From positions 4,407-68,406 of the forward strand of contig JBGQCJ010000001.1 of the NCBI GenBank assembly GCA_041495285.1: a stretch of 64,000 bases of DNA, read 5' to 3'. The position numbers were made by a program, and so were the translations under genes. Numbering within the stretch: position 1 is the first letter of the stretch; the number at the start of each line of letters is the position of its first letter. The stretch comes from Verrucomicrobiia bacterium (lineage in GTDB: Bacteria; Verrucomicrobiota; Verrucomicrobiia; Palsa-1439). The notes under the pieces are model-generated. The model did not search any database. It was not told where the DNA came from and worked only from the letters and a program-made list of their open reading frames with translations. Shown one piece after another: positions 1 through 8,638 of this stretch.

Positions 1-586
1 CGCCGGCCACGATGAGATGGTTGGTCAACGAGCCGATGGCGGTCTGGCCGTTGAACACGATTGCGGCATTGGCGGTCAGAAACAAATTGTTGTTGGAAAA
101 TATGGACGTAGATGTGGCGTTGTTGGTTATGCCGATCTGCACGACGGAGTTGTTGCCGAGTTTAGTGGTGCTGGTGACGCGGAAGGTGGTGTTGCTGAGC
201 AGCAGCGTGTAAACACCTGTGCTGTCATTGAAAACCGTCAGGTTCGCGTTAGTTACGATGCCGAGGCCGACGGTGGCGGTGCCGTTGGTGATAGTCGCCG
301 TGACCGAGCTGGCGCCGATGTAGTTCGTGAGGAACGCATTGTCGCCGGTTACTGGCGGCCCCAAGGGAGCCCAGTTCGTGGTGTTGGTGTAGGCGATAGG
401 GGTGACCGCCGTGTTCGTCCAGGAAAAATCGGTCGCGAAAGTTTTCGGGGCGGCCAGGGAGAGAACGACAAAGAGTAAACCGAGCGCGGCAAGGGGACGG
501 CGACAACTCCGCCGGGCCGATTGACGAAGGTTGGTTGAAAAGGAAAAAGTCGAAACGACTGTTTTTACTTTTGGCCTATTACCCAC
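1..586 (-). CDS. Secreted Thr/Asn-rich surface protein (autotransporter-passenger/PEP-CTERM-like), 5' part; runs off the left edge
   Basis: Manual translation from GTG at 586 (GGTGAGG SD upstream): MGNRPKVKT...LAALGLLFVVLSLAAPKTFA|TDFSWTNTAVTPIAYTNTTNWAP...; open to position 1; signal peptide followed by T/N/V/G-rich beta-strand sequence. Not in the ORF track because it has no stop in the window. Confidence 0.8.
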   Translation of the reverse strand, partial: MGNRPKVKTVVSTFSFSTNLRQSARRSCRRPLAALGLLFVVLSLAAPKTFATDFSWTNTAVTPIAYTNTTNWAPLGPPVTGDNAFLTNYIGASSVTATITNGTATVGLGIVTNANLTVFNDSTGVYTLLLSNTTFRVTSTTKLGNNSVVQIGITNNATSTSIFSNNNLFLTANAAIVFNGQTAIGSLTNHLIVAG

Positions 587-882
587 AGTCTACCTCACCG
601 TTTCCAGGAGTCTCCACTCCTTTTGTTACTCGCTTGAGAGCCTGCAGGCGAACGCGACCAGACAAGCCCCACTCACACCGTTGGGCTATACATTATAGAT
701 ACTGATTTTCAATGCAAGAAATATTTGAACATTTTTGTGACCGGCCACAACACAAATCAGGCATTTCAAAGACGTTAGAGTAAAGGGTTCACAAGATATG
801 GGGCTTTTACGAGCGAAAACGTAAGGAACATGCTTGGAATTGTGGATGGAGGAAGGTGGTTGCGCCCCGGTGTAGCGTCTCT

Positions 883-912
883 GTTGTGCGCAGGTCTTTG
901 ACCGCGCACAAC
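883..912. repeat. Palindromic hairpin, possibly a degenerate repeat element
   Basis: GTTGTGCGC-a-GGTC-ttt-GACC-GCGCACAAC inverted repeat in the intergenic region. Confidence 0.45.
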
Positions 913-1055
913 GGGGGAGACCTACGGTCGGCCCTTCGGCGCGGTCGGGACTCGACGCAAGGAGAGGCCGAGGGGTCACGGGCGGCAAACCGGCGCCGAA
1001 CTTTCGGTACAAACACGCGCGGAATGGTGGGTGGAAGCACATGAGCGCATCTCCA

Positions 1056-1169
1056 CCCTGCCACGAAATTGTAGCCGCGAGCCTGCTCGCGGCACGTCGT
1101 CAGGCGATCATCACCGAGGACCGCGAGCAGGCTCGCGGCTACAAACCCGTTGACGGCCTCCCGCCGCGC
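1056..1169 (+). repeat. 114-bp direct repeat copy 1, containing a GTAG-type REP doublet (REPIN)
   Basis: Identical to 1407-1520; arms TGTAGCCGCGAGCCTGCTCGCGG (1070-1092) and its exact reverse complement (1121-1143). Confidence 0.95.
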
Positions 1170-1364
1170 GTTCAAGGTGCGCGCGATTTCGATGTCCGCC
1201 TCCAGCCCGCGCAAGGGATCAACAGTGTCCAGTGCTCCCAACACGCGCGCCTGCTGCCAGAGCGATTCAAACAACCGCAGCGCCTGCTCGTAGCTCAAGT
1301 CGCGTCCGGGCCGCCGGGCTTGGTCGCGCTCAAACTGCGCCAGCCGTTCTGCGTCCTTCACCAT
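1170..1364 (-). pseudogene. Small helical protein (antitoxin-like, of the type found upstream of nucleotidyltransferases); natural 3' end replaced by the repeat
   Basis: MVKDAERLAQFERDQ...LFESLWQQARVLG...DPLRGLEADIEIARTLN then reads into the repeat; TAGAAT -10 box 6 nt upstream of the ATG; family recognised from memory. Confidence 0.6.
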
Positions 1365-1406
1365 GAGAACATTCTACAGCAAGACCGGAAGCAAATGAAG
1401 CCAATT

Positions 1407-1520
1407 CCCTGCCACGAAATTGTAGCCGCGAGCCTGCTCGCGGCACGTCGTCAGGCGATCATCACCGAGGACCGCGAGCAGGCTCGCGGCTACAAACCCG
1501 TTGACGGCCTCCCGCCGCGC
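1407..1520 (+). repeat. 114-bp direct repeat copy 2 (REPIN plus upp -35 box)
   Basis: Identical to 1056-1169. Confidence 0.95.
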
Positions 1521-1530
1521 ACCCTACACT
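1501..1530 (+). promoter_or_regulatory. Putative sigma70 promoter of upp
   Basis: TTGACG-N18-TACACT, 10 nt before the ATG; no SD. Confidence 0.55.
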
Positions 1531-1540
1531 CGCCGTCGCC

Positions 1541-2170
1541 ATGCGCGACACCGTTCACGTCCTCAATCATCCGCTGGCGCAATCGTTTCTCACCGACATC
1601 CGCGACAAGAACGCCAGCGGCGCCATCGTGCGCAACCGCATCCGCGCGTTGTCGGTCCTCCTCTTCTATGAAGCGACGCGCGCGTTGCCGCAGGAGCCGG
1701 TGACGGTGACGACGCCGTTGGCCGAAGCGAACGGCTCGCACGTCGGCGCGTCGGTCGGACTGGTGCCGATCCTGCGCGCGGGATTGGGAATGGTGGACGG
1801 GATTCTGGAGTTCCTGCCGGAAGCGCGCGTGTTTCATCTCGGCTTGTTCCGCGATGAAAAGACGCTCAAGCCGGTAGAGTATTACAGCAAGTTTGCCGGG
1901 CAGAAGCCCGTGGACATCGCGTTCGTGCTCGACCCGATGCTGGCCACGGGCGGGTCGGCGAGCGTGGCGGTGACCCGGTTGAAATCGTGGGGCGTGAAGA
2001 CAATCAAATATCTCGGACTGTTTGCGGCGCCGGAAGGCATCCGCGCGTTGTCCGAAGCGCATCCCGACGTGGAGATTTATCTGGGCGCGATTGATTCGCA
2101 TTTGAACGAGCGGGGATACATCGTGCCCGGCATGGGCGACGCCGGCGACCGGCAATTTGGCGGGCAGTAG
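1541..2170 (+). CDS. upp: Uracil phosphoribosyltransferase
   Basis: Motifs VPILRAGLGM, DPMLATGGS, YIVPGMGDAGDR. Confidence 0.97.
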   Translation: MRDTVHVLNHPLAQSFLTDIRDKNASGAIVRNRIRALSVLLFYEATRALPQEPVTVTTPLAEANGSHVGASVGLVPILRAGLGMVDGILEFLPEARVFHLGLFRDEKTLKPVEYYSKFAGQKPVDIAFVLDPMLATGGSASVAVTRLKSWGVKTIKYLGLFAAPEGIRALSEAHPDVEIYLGAIDSHLNERGYIVPGMGDAGDRQFGGQ

Positions 2171-2232
2171 GCTGGTTCGTTGACACCGCCGCTTCTAGCA
2201 AATTACCTTTCGGTTGTTCCACAGCACGTCCG

Positions 2233-4260
2233 TCAGGGCGGTGCGTGGTACGGTTTGCGGGTGAGATAGAGTGCAAGCCGCGCGCGAATCTCGGCGGCGA
2301 GATTCGTCTCGCCACGATTCGAAGCCAGTTGCACGGCGCGTTGTGCGAGGTTGGTGGCCTCGCCGAAATTTCCCGACTCGGCATGTGCCGCCGCCAACGT
2401 ATCGAGCACATTGATGTTCTCGGCACTGCTGATCTGAAATGCGATTGTGGCCCAGCGGAGCGCTTCCGTGCCGTCACGGCGCTCCGCTTCTGGACAAGTG
2501 GCCAACAACCACGCGAGATTGTTGGCCGCATCACCGTAATGCGCGTTGTGATCGAGCGCACGGCGGTAGCCCGCAATCGCCTCGGCGTACTGTCTCTGCA
2601 TCTCCAGCGCCACCGCCAGATCATAGTGTCCGCTGGGATTGTCCGGTTCCAGGCGGACCACTTCGCGGAAATGTTGGATGGCTTCGGGCAGGCGGCTTCT
2701 CTTGGCCAGGACGACAGCCAATTGTCTTTGCGCTCTGGCATCATCCGGTTTGATTTGCAACGCCCGCTTGGCGTGGGCGATGGCTTCTTCGTCCCTACCC
2801 TCATCGATCAAGGCGCTTGCCAGACTATTACGAGCTTCAACGTAATCGGGCAGGATGAGCAACGCCGCTTTGTAATGCCGGATGGCCTCTTCAATTTTTC
2901 CCGACTGGTAAAGGGCGGCGCCGAGGTTGCTGTGCGCCACGGCGTTGTCGGTGGTGACGCTGAGCGCGTGGCGGAAGAGTGTCTCGCTGGTCTTCCAATG
3001 CCGGATTTGAACCGAAGATACCGCGACACATGCCGCGAGCGCCGCGACGCCGGCGGCGATCAAGATTCCTTGAGTGCGGCGTTCGAGCAGGCGGGGCGGC
3101 ACGGCCCAAGCGAGCATGATGAACAATCCAATCGCGGAGAGATAGCTGTAGCGGTCGGCCATGGATTGCGCCCCCGTCTGCACCAAGCCGATCATCGGCA
3201 CCAGTGTTCCCAGAAACCACAACCAACCGACGACGAAATGCGGTTCGCGCTTCGCCCTGCGAAACACGGCGTATGAGACAAGAGCCAAAACCGCGCAGGC
3301 TCCAAGCACTGCCCAAGGTGACCAACTTCGATACGGATAGAACACCGCCAAATCGGCCGGCCAGAGTGTCTTTCCGATGTAGCGCACATAGGCGACCACC
3401 GCGTTGCCGACACGAAACTGCAGCGGGATTTTCTCCAGCGAGTTGACCACGCCGCCGACCTTTTGTCCCCAATATGTGAGCAAGCCGGATGCGACCGACA
3501 GACAAACGAACGGCAACTTCTCCTTGAGCAATTGGCCAAGCGGAGCTTTGGCATGATCGGCCGCAGCGGATTTGATCCAACGGGTTCGGCCCAGCGGCCA
3601 ATAGTCCAACAACAATAATACGAATGGCAGCGACACCACTGTCGGCTTGGCCATCAGCCCCAAAGCATACACTCCCAACGCAAGCAGGTACCGCTGCCGG
3701 CTTGGCTGCTCGACGTAGCGAACATAGGCCAGCAGGGTGAGCATCCAAAAACAGGCGCTGAGAACATCTTTGCGTTCGGTGATCCAAGCCACGGATTCGA
3801 CGTGCAACGGATGCAGCGCGAATAACGCCGCGACGAAAGCGCTTGGCCACAGGGCCGCTGTCATCCTCCGAAGAATGTGAAAGAGCAAGAGCGTGTTCGC
3901 GATGTGGAACAAGACATTGACCAGATGGTGCGCCCCCGCGTCCAATCCGAACAACTGGCAATCCAGCATGTGGGAAATCCGGGACAGAGGATGCCAGTAC
4001 GCTGGTTGAGCTGTGGTGAAAGCCCACGCCAGACTGCTCGCCGTCAGTCCAGCTTGCACAGGGGGATTTGCGTATATGTAAAGGTCGTCATCGTAATTGA
4101 CGAACTCGAAGTGCCGGACCGGCCAGAAAACGGCGGCGGTGACGACGATCAAGCCCAAGACCAGAAGCCACGGTTTGTTCGCGAAGTAGTTCTTCGGTGC
4201 GCGAGCCGGCACCGCGACCGGCTGGCGCGGGGCGTCCTTACTTCGTTTGCGTTTCGCCAT
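2233..4260 (-). CDS. TMTC-like GT-C membrane glycosyltransferase with C-terminal TPRs
   Basis: FVNYDD, WHPLS, HPLHVESVAWITERKDVL, ADRYSY motifs; multiple TM helices; TPR repeats. Confidence 0.9.
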   Translation of the reverse strand: MAKRKRSKDAPRQPVAVPARAPKNYFANKPWLLVLGLIVVTAAVFWPVRHFEFVNYDDDLYIYANPPVQAGLTASSLAWAFTTAQPAYWHPLSRISHMLDCQLFGLDAGAHHLVNVLFHIANTLLLFHILRRMTAALWPSAFVAALFALHPLHVESVAWITERKDVLSACFWMLTLLAYVRYVEQPSRQRYLLALGVYALGLMAKPTVVSLPFVLLLLDYWPLGRTRWIKSAAADHAKAPLGQLLKEKLPFVCLSVASGLLTYWGQKVGGVVNSLEKIPLQFRVGNAVVAYVRYIGKTLWPADLAVFYPYRSWSPWAVLGACAVLALVSYAVFRRAKREPHFVVGWLWFLGTLVPMIGLVQTGAQSMADRYSYLSAIGLFIMLAWAVPPRLLERRTQGILIAAGVAALAACVAVSSVQIRHWKTSETLFRHALSVTTDNAVAHSNLGAALYQSGKIEEAIRHYKAALLILPDYVEARNSLASALIDEGRDEEAIAHAKRALQIKPDDARAQRQLAVVLAKRSRLPEAIQHFREVVRLEPDNPSGHYDLAVALEMQRQYAEAIAGYRRALDHNAHYGDAANNLAWLLATCPEAERRDGTEALRWATIAFQISSAENINVLDTLAAAHAESGNFGEATNLAQRAVQLASNRGETNLAAEIRARLALYLTRKPYHAPP

Positions 4261-4267
4261 CGCGCCG

Positions 4268-4296
4268 ATGATAACCGGTCACCTGTCGGCAGACAA
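4268..4296 (-). promoter_or_regulatory. sigma70 promoter, probably leaderless transcript
   Basis: TTGTCT-N17-TATCAT-7 nt-ATG; conserved with the paralog's upstream region. Confidence 0.6.
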
Positions 4297-4325
4297 GAAT
4301 CCCCGCAAGGTCCTGGGCCAACCGT

Positions 4326-6104
4326 TCACTGAGCCGCCCGCGCTCGCGCCAGATTACTCTGCGCGTCGGCATAATCAGGCTTGAGCTGCAGCGCCTCTTC
4401 GTATTGCCCAATGGCCTCGTGACGTTTGCCGACTCGCTCCAGTGCAATTCCCAAGTTGTAGTGAGCGGGAGCAAAACCGGGTCTGCTCCGCACGGCCTGC
4501 TCCAGGTGCGCGATCGCCTCCTCGGTCTTGTCTGCCTGCAATAGGGCGAGCCCCAAGTTGTTTTGCGCTTCAGTCAAGTCAGGCTCAAGCCGTACCAACT
4601 GCTCGTATTGATCGATCGCCTCCGGCACTCTGCGGCTCAGCAACAGCGCGCCCGCCAAATTGACGCGCGCGGCGGTGTACGTGGGACGGAACTGTACCGC
4701 CTGCTCGAAGTGCCCGATCGCTTCTTGAATCCTGCCGGCTTGCAGCAGGACAATCCCGAGGTTGTTGTGCGCGAGATAATTCGCCTGGGTCACGTCCAGC
4801 GCGTGATGAAACAGCGTCTGGCTGTTTTCCCAGTAACGCATCTGTAGCCGGCAAAGCACAGCGCAAACACCCACTAACACCGCCGCGGCCGCGGCTGCCG
4901 TCGTCTTTCGAACAGGACGTTCAAGCGCGGGAACCGGCACGGACCAGGCCACAATGATGAACAGCCCAACAGAGGGGAGATAAGCGTAACGATCGGCCAT
5001 CGTTTCGCTCGATGGTGACTGAACCAGTCCGATCACTGGCACCAGCGTTCCCAAGAACCACAGCCAACCCGTGACGAAATGCGGCGCGCGACGCGCCCCC
5101 CGAATCACCCAACCGGACACACCTACTAAGGCCACAGTGGTCGCCATGACCGCCCAAGGTGACCACATCTGGTATGGATAGAACGCGGCCAGTCCGCTCG
5201 GCCAGAATGCCTTCCCGATGTAGTGCCCGTAAGAAGCCATCGCGTGGGCCACGCGCTCGCCAATCGGCAACACATCCCGGGGTCCCGGCCCCCCTGTAAT
5301 GCGCTGTTGCCAGAACGTCACTCCACACGACAGTACGGTCAGCGCAAGAAACGGAAGCTTTTCCCTCAGCAATTGGCTTGGTGGCAACTTGACCTTTTGA
5401 CCCACGGCGGGTTCGGCCCACGGCGTTCGCCCCAGCGGCCAATAGTCCAGCAGCAGCAACACGAACGGCAGCGTCACCACCATTGGCTTGGACATCAGGC
5501 CAAACGCATACAGCCCCAAGGCAAGCAGAAATCGCCTGCGATTCGGCTCCTCGACATAGCGGCTGTACGCCCACAGCGTGAGGATAAAAAAACACGCGCT
5601 CAGCACGTCCTTGAGTTCCGTGACCCAAGCCACCGATTCCACGTGCAACGGATGCAACGCAAACAGCGCCGCGACAAACACGCTCCGCCACAGTGCCGCC
5701 GTCATTCTCCGAAGAACGACAAAAAGTAGAAGTGTGTTGGCAATGTGGAACAAGAGATTCACTAGGTGATGCGCGCCAGCGTCCAGCCCGAACAATTCAC
5801 ATTCGAGCATTCGAACCAGCCACGTCACCGGCATCCAGTGGTCGAGACGCATGGCAGTGAACGCCCAAGTAAATCCTCCGAATGACAAGCCATCCCGCAC
5901 GTACGGGTTCGCAGAGATATAGTTGCCGTCGTCGTAGTTGAGGAACTCGAAGTGGCAAACCTGCCAGTAAACGGCCCCGGTGACCACCACAAGAGCCAAA
6001 GCCAAGAGCCAGAACTTGCCCACAGAAGAATTCTTCGGAGGAGCTGCCAGGGTTGGAGGCTGGCGCGGAGCGGTTCCACTTGGCCTTGGCTTGCGTTTTG
6101 CCAT
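4326..6104 (-). CDS. TMTC-like GT-C membrane glycosyltransferase with TPRs (tandem paralog)
   Basis: FLNYDD, HPLHVESVAWVTELKDVL, ADRYAY; clearly similar to 2233-4260. Confidence 0.9.
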   Translation of the reverse strand: MAKRKPRPSGTAPRQPPTLAAPPKNSSVGKFWLLALALVVVTGAVYWQVCHFEFLNYDDGNYISANPYVRDGLSFGGFTWAFTAMRLDHWMPVTWLVRMLECELFGLDAGAHHLVNLLFHIANTLLLFVVLRRMTAALWRSVFVAALFALHPLHVESVAWVTELKDVLSACFFILTLWAYSRYVEEPNRRRFLLALGLYAFGLMSKPMVVTLPFVLLLLDYWPLGRTPWAEPAVGQKVKLPPSQLLREKLPFLALTVLSCGVTFWQQRITGGPGPRDVLPIGERVAHAMASYGHYIGKAFWPSGLAAFYPYQMWSPWAVMATTVALVGVSGWVIRGARRAPHFVTGWLWFLGTLVPVIGLVQSPSSETMADRYAYLPSVGLFIIVAWSVPVPALERPVRKTTAAAAAAVLVGVCAVLCRLQMRYWENSQTLFHHALDVTQANYLAHNNLGIVLLQAGRIQEAIGHFEQAVQFRPTYTAARVNLAGALLLSRRVPEAIDQYEQLVRLEPDLTEAQNNLGLALLQADKTEEAIAHLEQAVRSRPGFAPAHYNLGIALERVGKRHEAIGQYEEALQLKPDYADAQSNLARARAAQ

Positions 6105-6111
6105 CGAGCCG

Positions 6112-6140
6112 ATGATAGCCCGTCACCCGCAGGCACACAA
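6112..6140 (-). promoter_or_regulatory. sigma70 promoter, probably leaderless transcript
   Basis: TTGTGT-N17-TATCAT-7 nt-ATG. Confidence 0.6.
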
Positions 6141-6149
6141 GATTGGCCG

Positions 6150-6250
6150 CGCGCAGCGACAGCCCAGCGATGTTTGAGCAGCTACTCTCACGACTCGGGC
6201 GGACGCTGGACAATGCCGGCAGTTCGGCGGGGAGTGAGCGGTATCGGTAG
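6150..6250 (+). pseudogene. Remnant: 3' tail of the small gene at 1170-1364 plus the 5' end of a nucleotidyltransferase-like gene
   Basis: ATG at 6170 gives MFEQLLSRLGRTLDNAG, then drifts to a TAG inside the REP; the overlapping frame AQRQPSDV* ends in an ATGTTTGA overlap. Confidence 0.5.
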
Positions 6251-6315
6251 GGCGCGACCGCCGGGCGCGCCGCGTTGAGTTGGAATCTCGGACGGCCCGG
6301 CGGTCCGTCCCTACC
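6246..6315. repeat. GTAG-type REP doublet (family A)
   Basis: GGTAGGGCGCGACCGCCGGGCGCGCC...GGACGGCCCGGCGGTCCGTCCCTACC; near-identical arms at 48128-48187. Confidence 0.9.
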
Positions 6316-6318
6316 AAC

Positions 6319-7539
6319 TTACGCGCCGAATTTGTCCAGCCGCTTGGCGTTGGCTTGCATGTGGCGGATGAGGTACTTCGCCTCGAACACGCCGAGCGAG
6401 CCGGTGTTGGCGGTGCGTTCGGTGAAACGGTCGAGTCCGTCCCAACCGGCAATGTCGCTGGCGATCATGACCGGCTGTGGATGCCACGAGTGACCTTTCA
6501 CGGGCACCGGCGTGGAATGATCGCCGGTGACGGCCAGCACGGTCGGCATTTGCTCCATTAATATGGAGAGCGCCGCGTCGGCTTCTTCGATAGCGGCGAC
6601 TTTCGCCTGAAAATTGCCGTCCTCGCCCGCTTGATCGGTGCCTTTGACGTGGACGAAGACGAAGTCGTACGCCTTCAACGCATCGGTGGCCGCCTTGAAT
6701 TCCTCTTTGACGGTGGCCGGGCCTTCGATCTTCTTCATGCCGACAAGTTGAGCGAGGCCTTTGTACATCGGATAGATGGCGATGGCGGCCGCTTTCAAGC
6801 CGTAGCGTTCTTGAAACGTGGGAATCTTCGGCTGATGGGCGATGCCGCGGAGAAGGAAACCGTTGGCAGGTTTGAGGTTCTTCAGCAGCGGCAGGGCTTG
6901 TTTGTACAACTCGGCGACGACCTTGGCGGTTTTGGCGCTCTTGGCGGTCTTCTTGACCGGCTTTGCCGTTCCAACCGGCAATCCTTCGCGATGCGGGTCG
7001 CTGTCGGTCAGCGGCCCTTCGAGGCCGGCACCGCGAAACACGACGACGAAACGGTGGCCTTTGCCGGCTTTGATGATCACCTCGACATCGCCGATTCTCT
7101 TAATCTTGCCGGCGAGCAGCGCGACTTGTGCCTCGCAGACTTTCGTGTCAATGCGGCCCGCGCGCCGGTCGGTGACGATGCCTTTGGCGTCGAGCGAACA
7201 GAAGTTCGCGCGGGCGGCCACGTCGCCGTGCTTCAGATCAATGCCCAGCCCGAGCGCTTCGATGACGCCACGGCCGACTTCGAATTCGAGCGGGTCGTAG
7301 CCGAAGAGGCCGAGGTGACCGGGCCCGCTACCGGGCGTGATGCCGGGCGCGACGGGAATCATGCGGCCGAGCGCGGCCCGCTTTACGAGCTTGTCGAGGT
7401 TGGGCGTGCGCGCGGCTTCCAGCGGCGTGCGGAAGCCGGTTTCCTCGGTGGCGATGTCGCCCAGTCCATCAAGGACGATGAGCGCCAGCTTGGAATCGTT
7501 GGGCACGAGCAGATTTCTGTAGACTTCGTCCAGTGTCAT
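6319..7539 (-). CDS. apgM: 2,3-bisphosphoglycerate-independent phosphoglycerate mutase, ApgM type
   Basis: LDGLGD, TPLEAARTPNLD, PGSGPGHL, HVKGTDQAGEDG, TGDHSTP; start taken at MTLDEV. Confidence 0.92.
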   Translation of the reverse strand: MTLDEVYRNLLVPNDSKLALIVLDGLGDIATEETGFRTPLEAARTPNLDKLVKRAALGRMIPVAPGITPGSGPGHLGLFGYDPLEFEVGRGVIEALGLGIDLKHGDVAARANFCSLDAKGIVTDRRAGRIDTKVCEAQVALLAGKIKRIGDVEVIIKAGKGHRFVVVFRGAGLEGPLTDSDPHREGLPVGTAKPVKKTAKSAKTAKVVAELYKQALPLLKNLKPANGFLLRGIAHQPKIPTFQERYGLKAAAIAIYPMYKGLAQLVGMKKIEGPATVKEEFKAATDALKAYDFVFVHVKGTDQAGEDGNFQAKVAAIEEADAALSILMEQMPTVLAVTGDHSTPVPVKGHSWHPQPVMIASDIAGWDGLDRFTERTANTGSLGVFEAKYLIRHMQANAKRLDKFGA

Positions 7540-7654
7540 GAAATTTTCCTTGGTTTCGGCTTGAAAACGACCTTGGCTCGCGTCATGTTGGCACACGCAC
7601 GCGGGTCTTGTCAAAGGTGAAAGCACGCCGGTAACGTGACAGAGTTGCGCAACC

Positions 7655-8632
7655 ATGATTCGCTCCTTCGTATTTAATCAAGGCAAACTCGTCGGCGAAA
7701 ACCTCGACTTGGACAGCCTGCGGCTGGTGCTGTTCGACAAGGGGTTGCACGTGTGGGTGGACATGGAACAGGCCAGCGACGACGAAGCGAAGATGGTGCT
7801 GGATGGCGTGTTCGGATTTCACCCGCTGGCCATCGAGGATTGCCTGACGCGCAGCGAACGCCCCAAGGTGGACGAGTACGAGAATTACCTCTTTCTGGTG
7901 ATCCATGCTGTGGACTACACGCGCGGAGCGGAGGAATTCCGGACGACCGAGCTGAACATTTTCATGGGCAAGGATTTTCTCGTGACGTTCCATCGCGAGC
8001 CGTTGCGCAGCGTGGCGGCGACGATTGACCGCGTGATGAAAAATGCGCCGTCCTGCGCGCGAGCGCCCGACCGGCTGGCGCACACGCTGTTGGATTTTCT
8101 TTTCGAGAACTACGTCCCCGTGCTGGAGGAGCTTTCCGCCGAGATCGGCGAGCTGGAGGAAAAGGTTTTAGCCTCGGCGTCCGCCGACGTTCTGGGCGGT
8201 GTGTTGAGAGTGAAAACTGAAGTGCAACGGCTGCGCCAGATCATCGCGCCGCAGCGGGACGTGATCGGACGATTTTCGCGGGGCGAGTTCAAGTTCGTGC
8301 GGGCGCACCTGCTGCCGTATTACCGGGACCTGCACGATCAACTGGTGCGGATCAGCGACATGGCGGAGAGTTACCGCGATTCGCTGACCAGCGTGCTGCA
8401 GGTGCATCTCAATCTCCAGCAGACGCAGGTCAATCAGGTCATCAAGGTGCTCACCGTGCTGGCGACGCTGGCGCTGCCGATTTTTGTGATCACGAGTTTT
8501 TACGGGATGAACTTCGGGCATTTTCCGCCGGAAGGCAGCAATGCGCTCACCGCGTACCTGTGGGTGTTCGGCGTGACCGGCCTGTGCACTGGGGCGTTGT
8601 ATTGGTGGCTGAAACGCAAAGGCTGGCTTTAG
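7655..8632 (+). CDS. corA: CorA-family Mg/Co transporter
   Basis: FHPLAIEDC, RPKVDEY, YGMNF signature, two C-terminal TM helices. Confidence 0.93.
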   Translation: MIRSFVFNQGKLVGENLDLDSLRLVLFDKGLHVWVDMEQASDDEAKMVLDGVFGFHPLAIEDCLTRSERPKVDEYENYLFLVIHAVDYTRGAEEFRTTELNIFMGKDFLVTFHREPLRSVAATIDRVMKNAPSCARAPDRLAHTLLDFLFENYVPVLEELSAEIGELEEKVLASASADVLGGVLRVKTEVQRLRQIIAPQRDVIGRFSRGEFKFVRAHLLPYYRDLHDQLVRISDMAESYRDSLTSVLQVHLNLQQTQVNQVIKVLTVLATLALPIFVITSFYGMNFGHFPPEGSNALTAYLWVFGVTGLCTGALYWWLKRKGWL

Positions 8633-8638
8633 CGCGCC

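Noticed and set aside
587-700. Riboswitch in the leader of the surface-protein gene
   Set aside because: Only a short hairpin (AGGAGT/ACTCCT); no riboswitch consensus recognised
807-1169. C-terminal extension of the 185-aa ORF
   Set aside because: Read-through into REP and intergenic DNA after loss of the natural stop
1056-1520. Direct repeats as a CRISPR array
   Set aside because: Only two 114-bp copies separated by 237 bp; no cas genes
1041-1703. 220-aa ORF with an internal peptide repeat
   Set aside because: Produced by reading through both DNA repeats (351-bp period); overlaps upp out of frame
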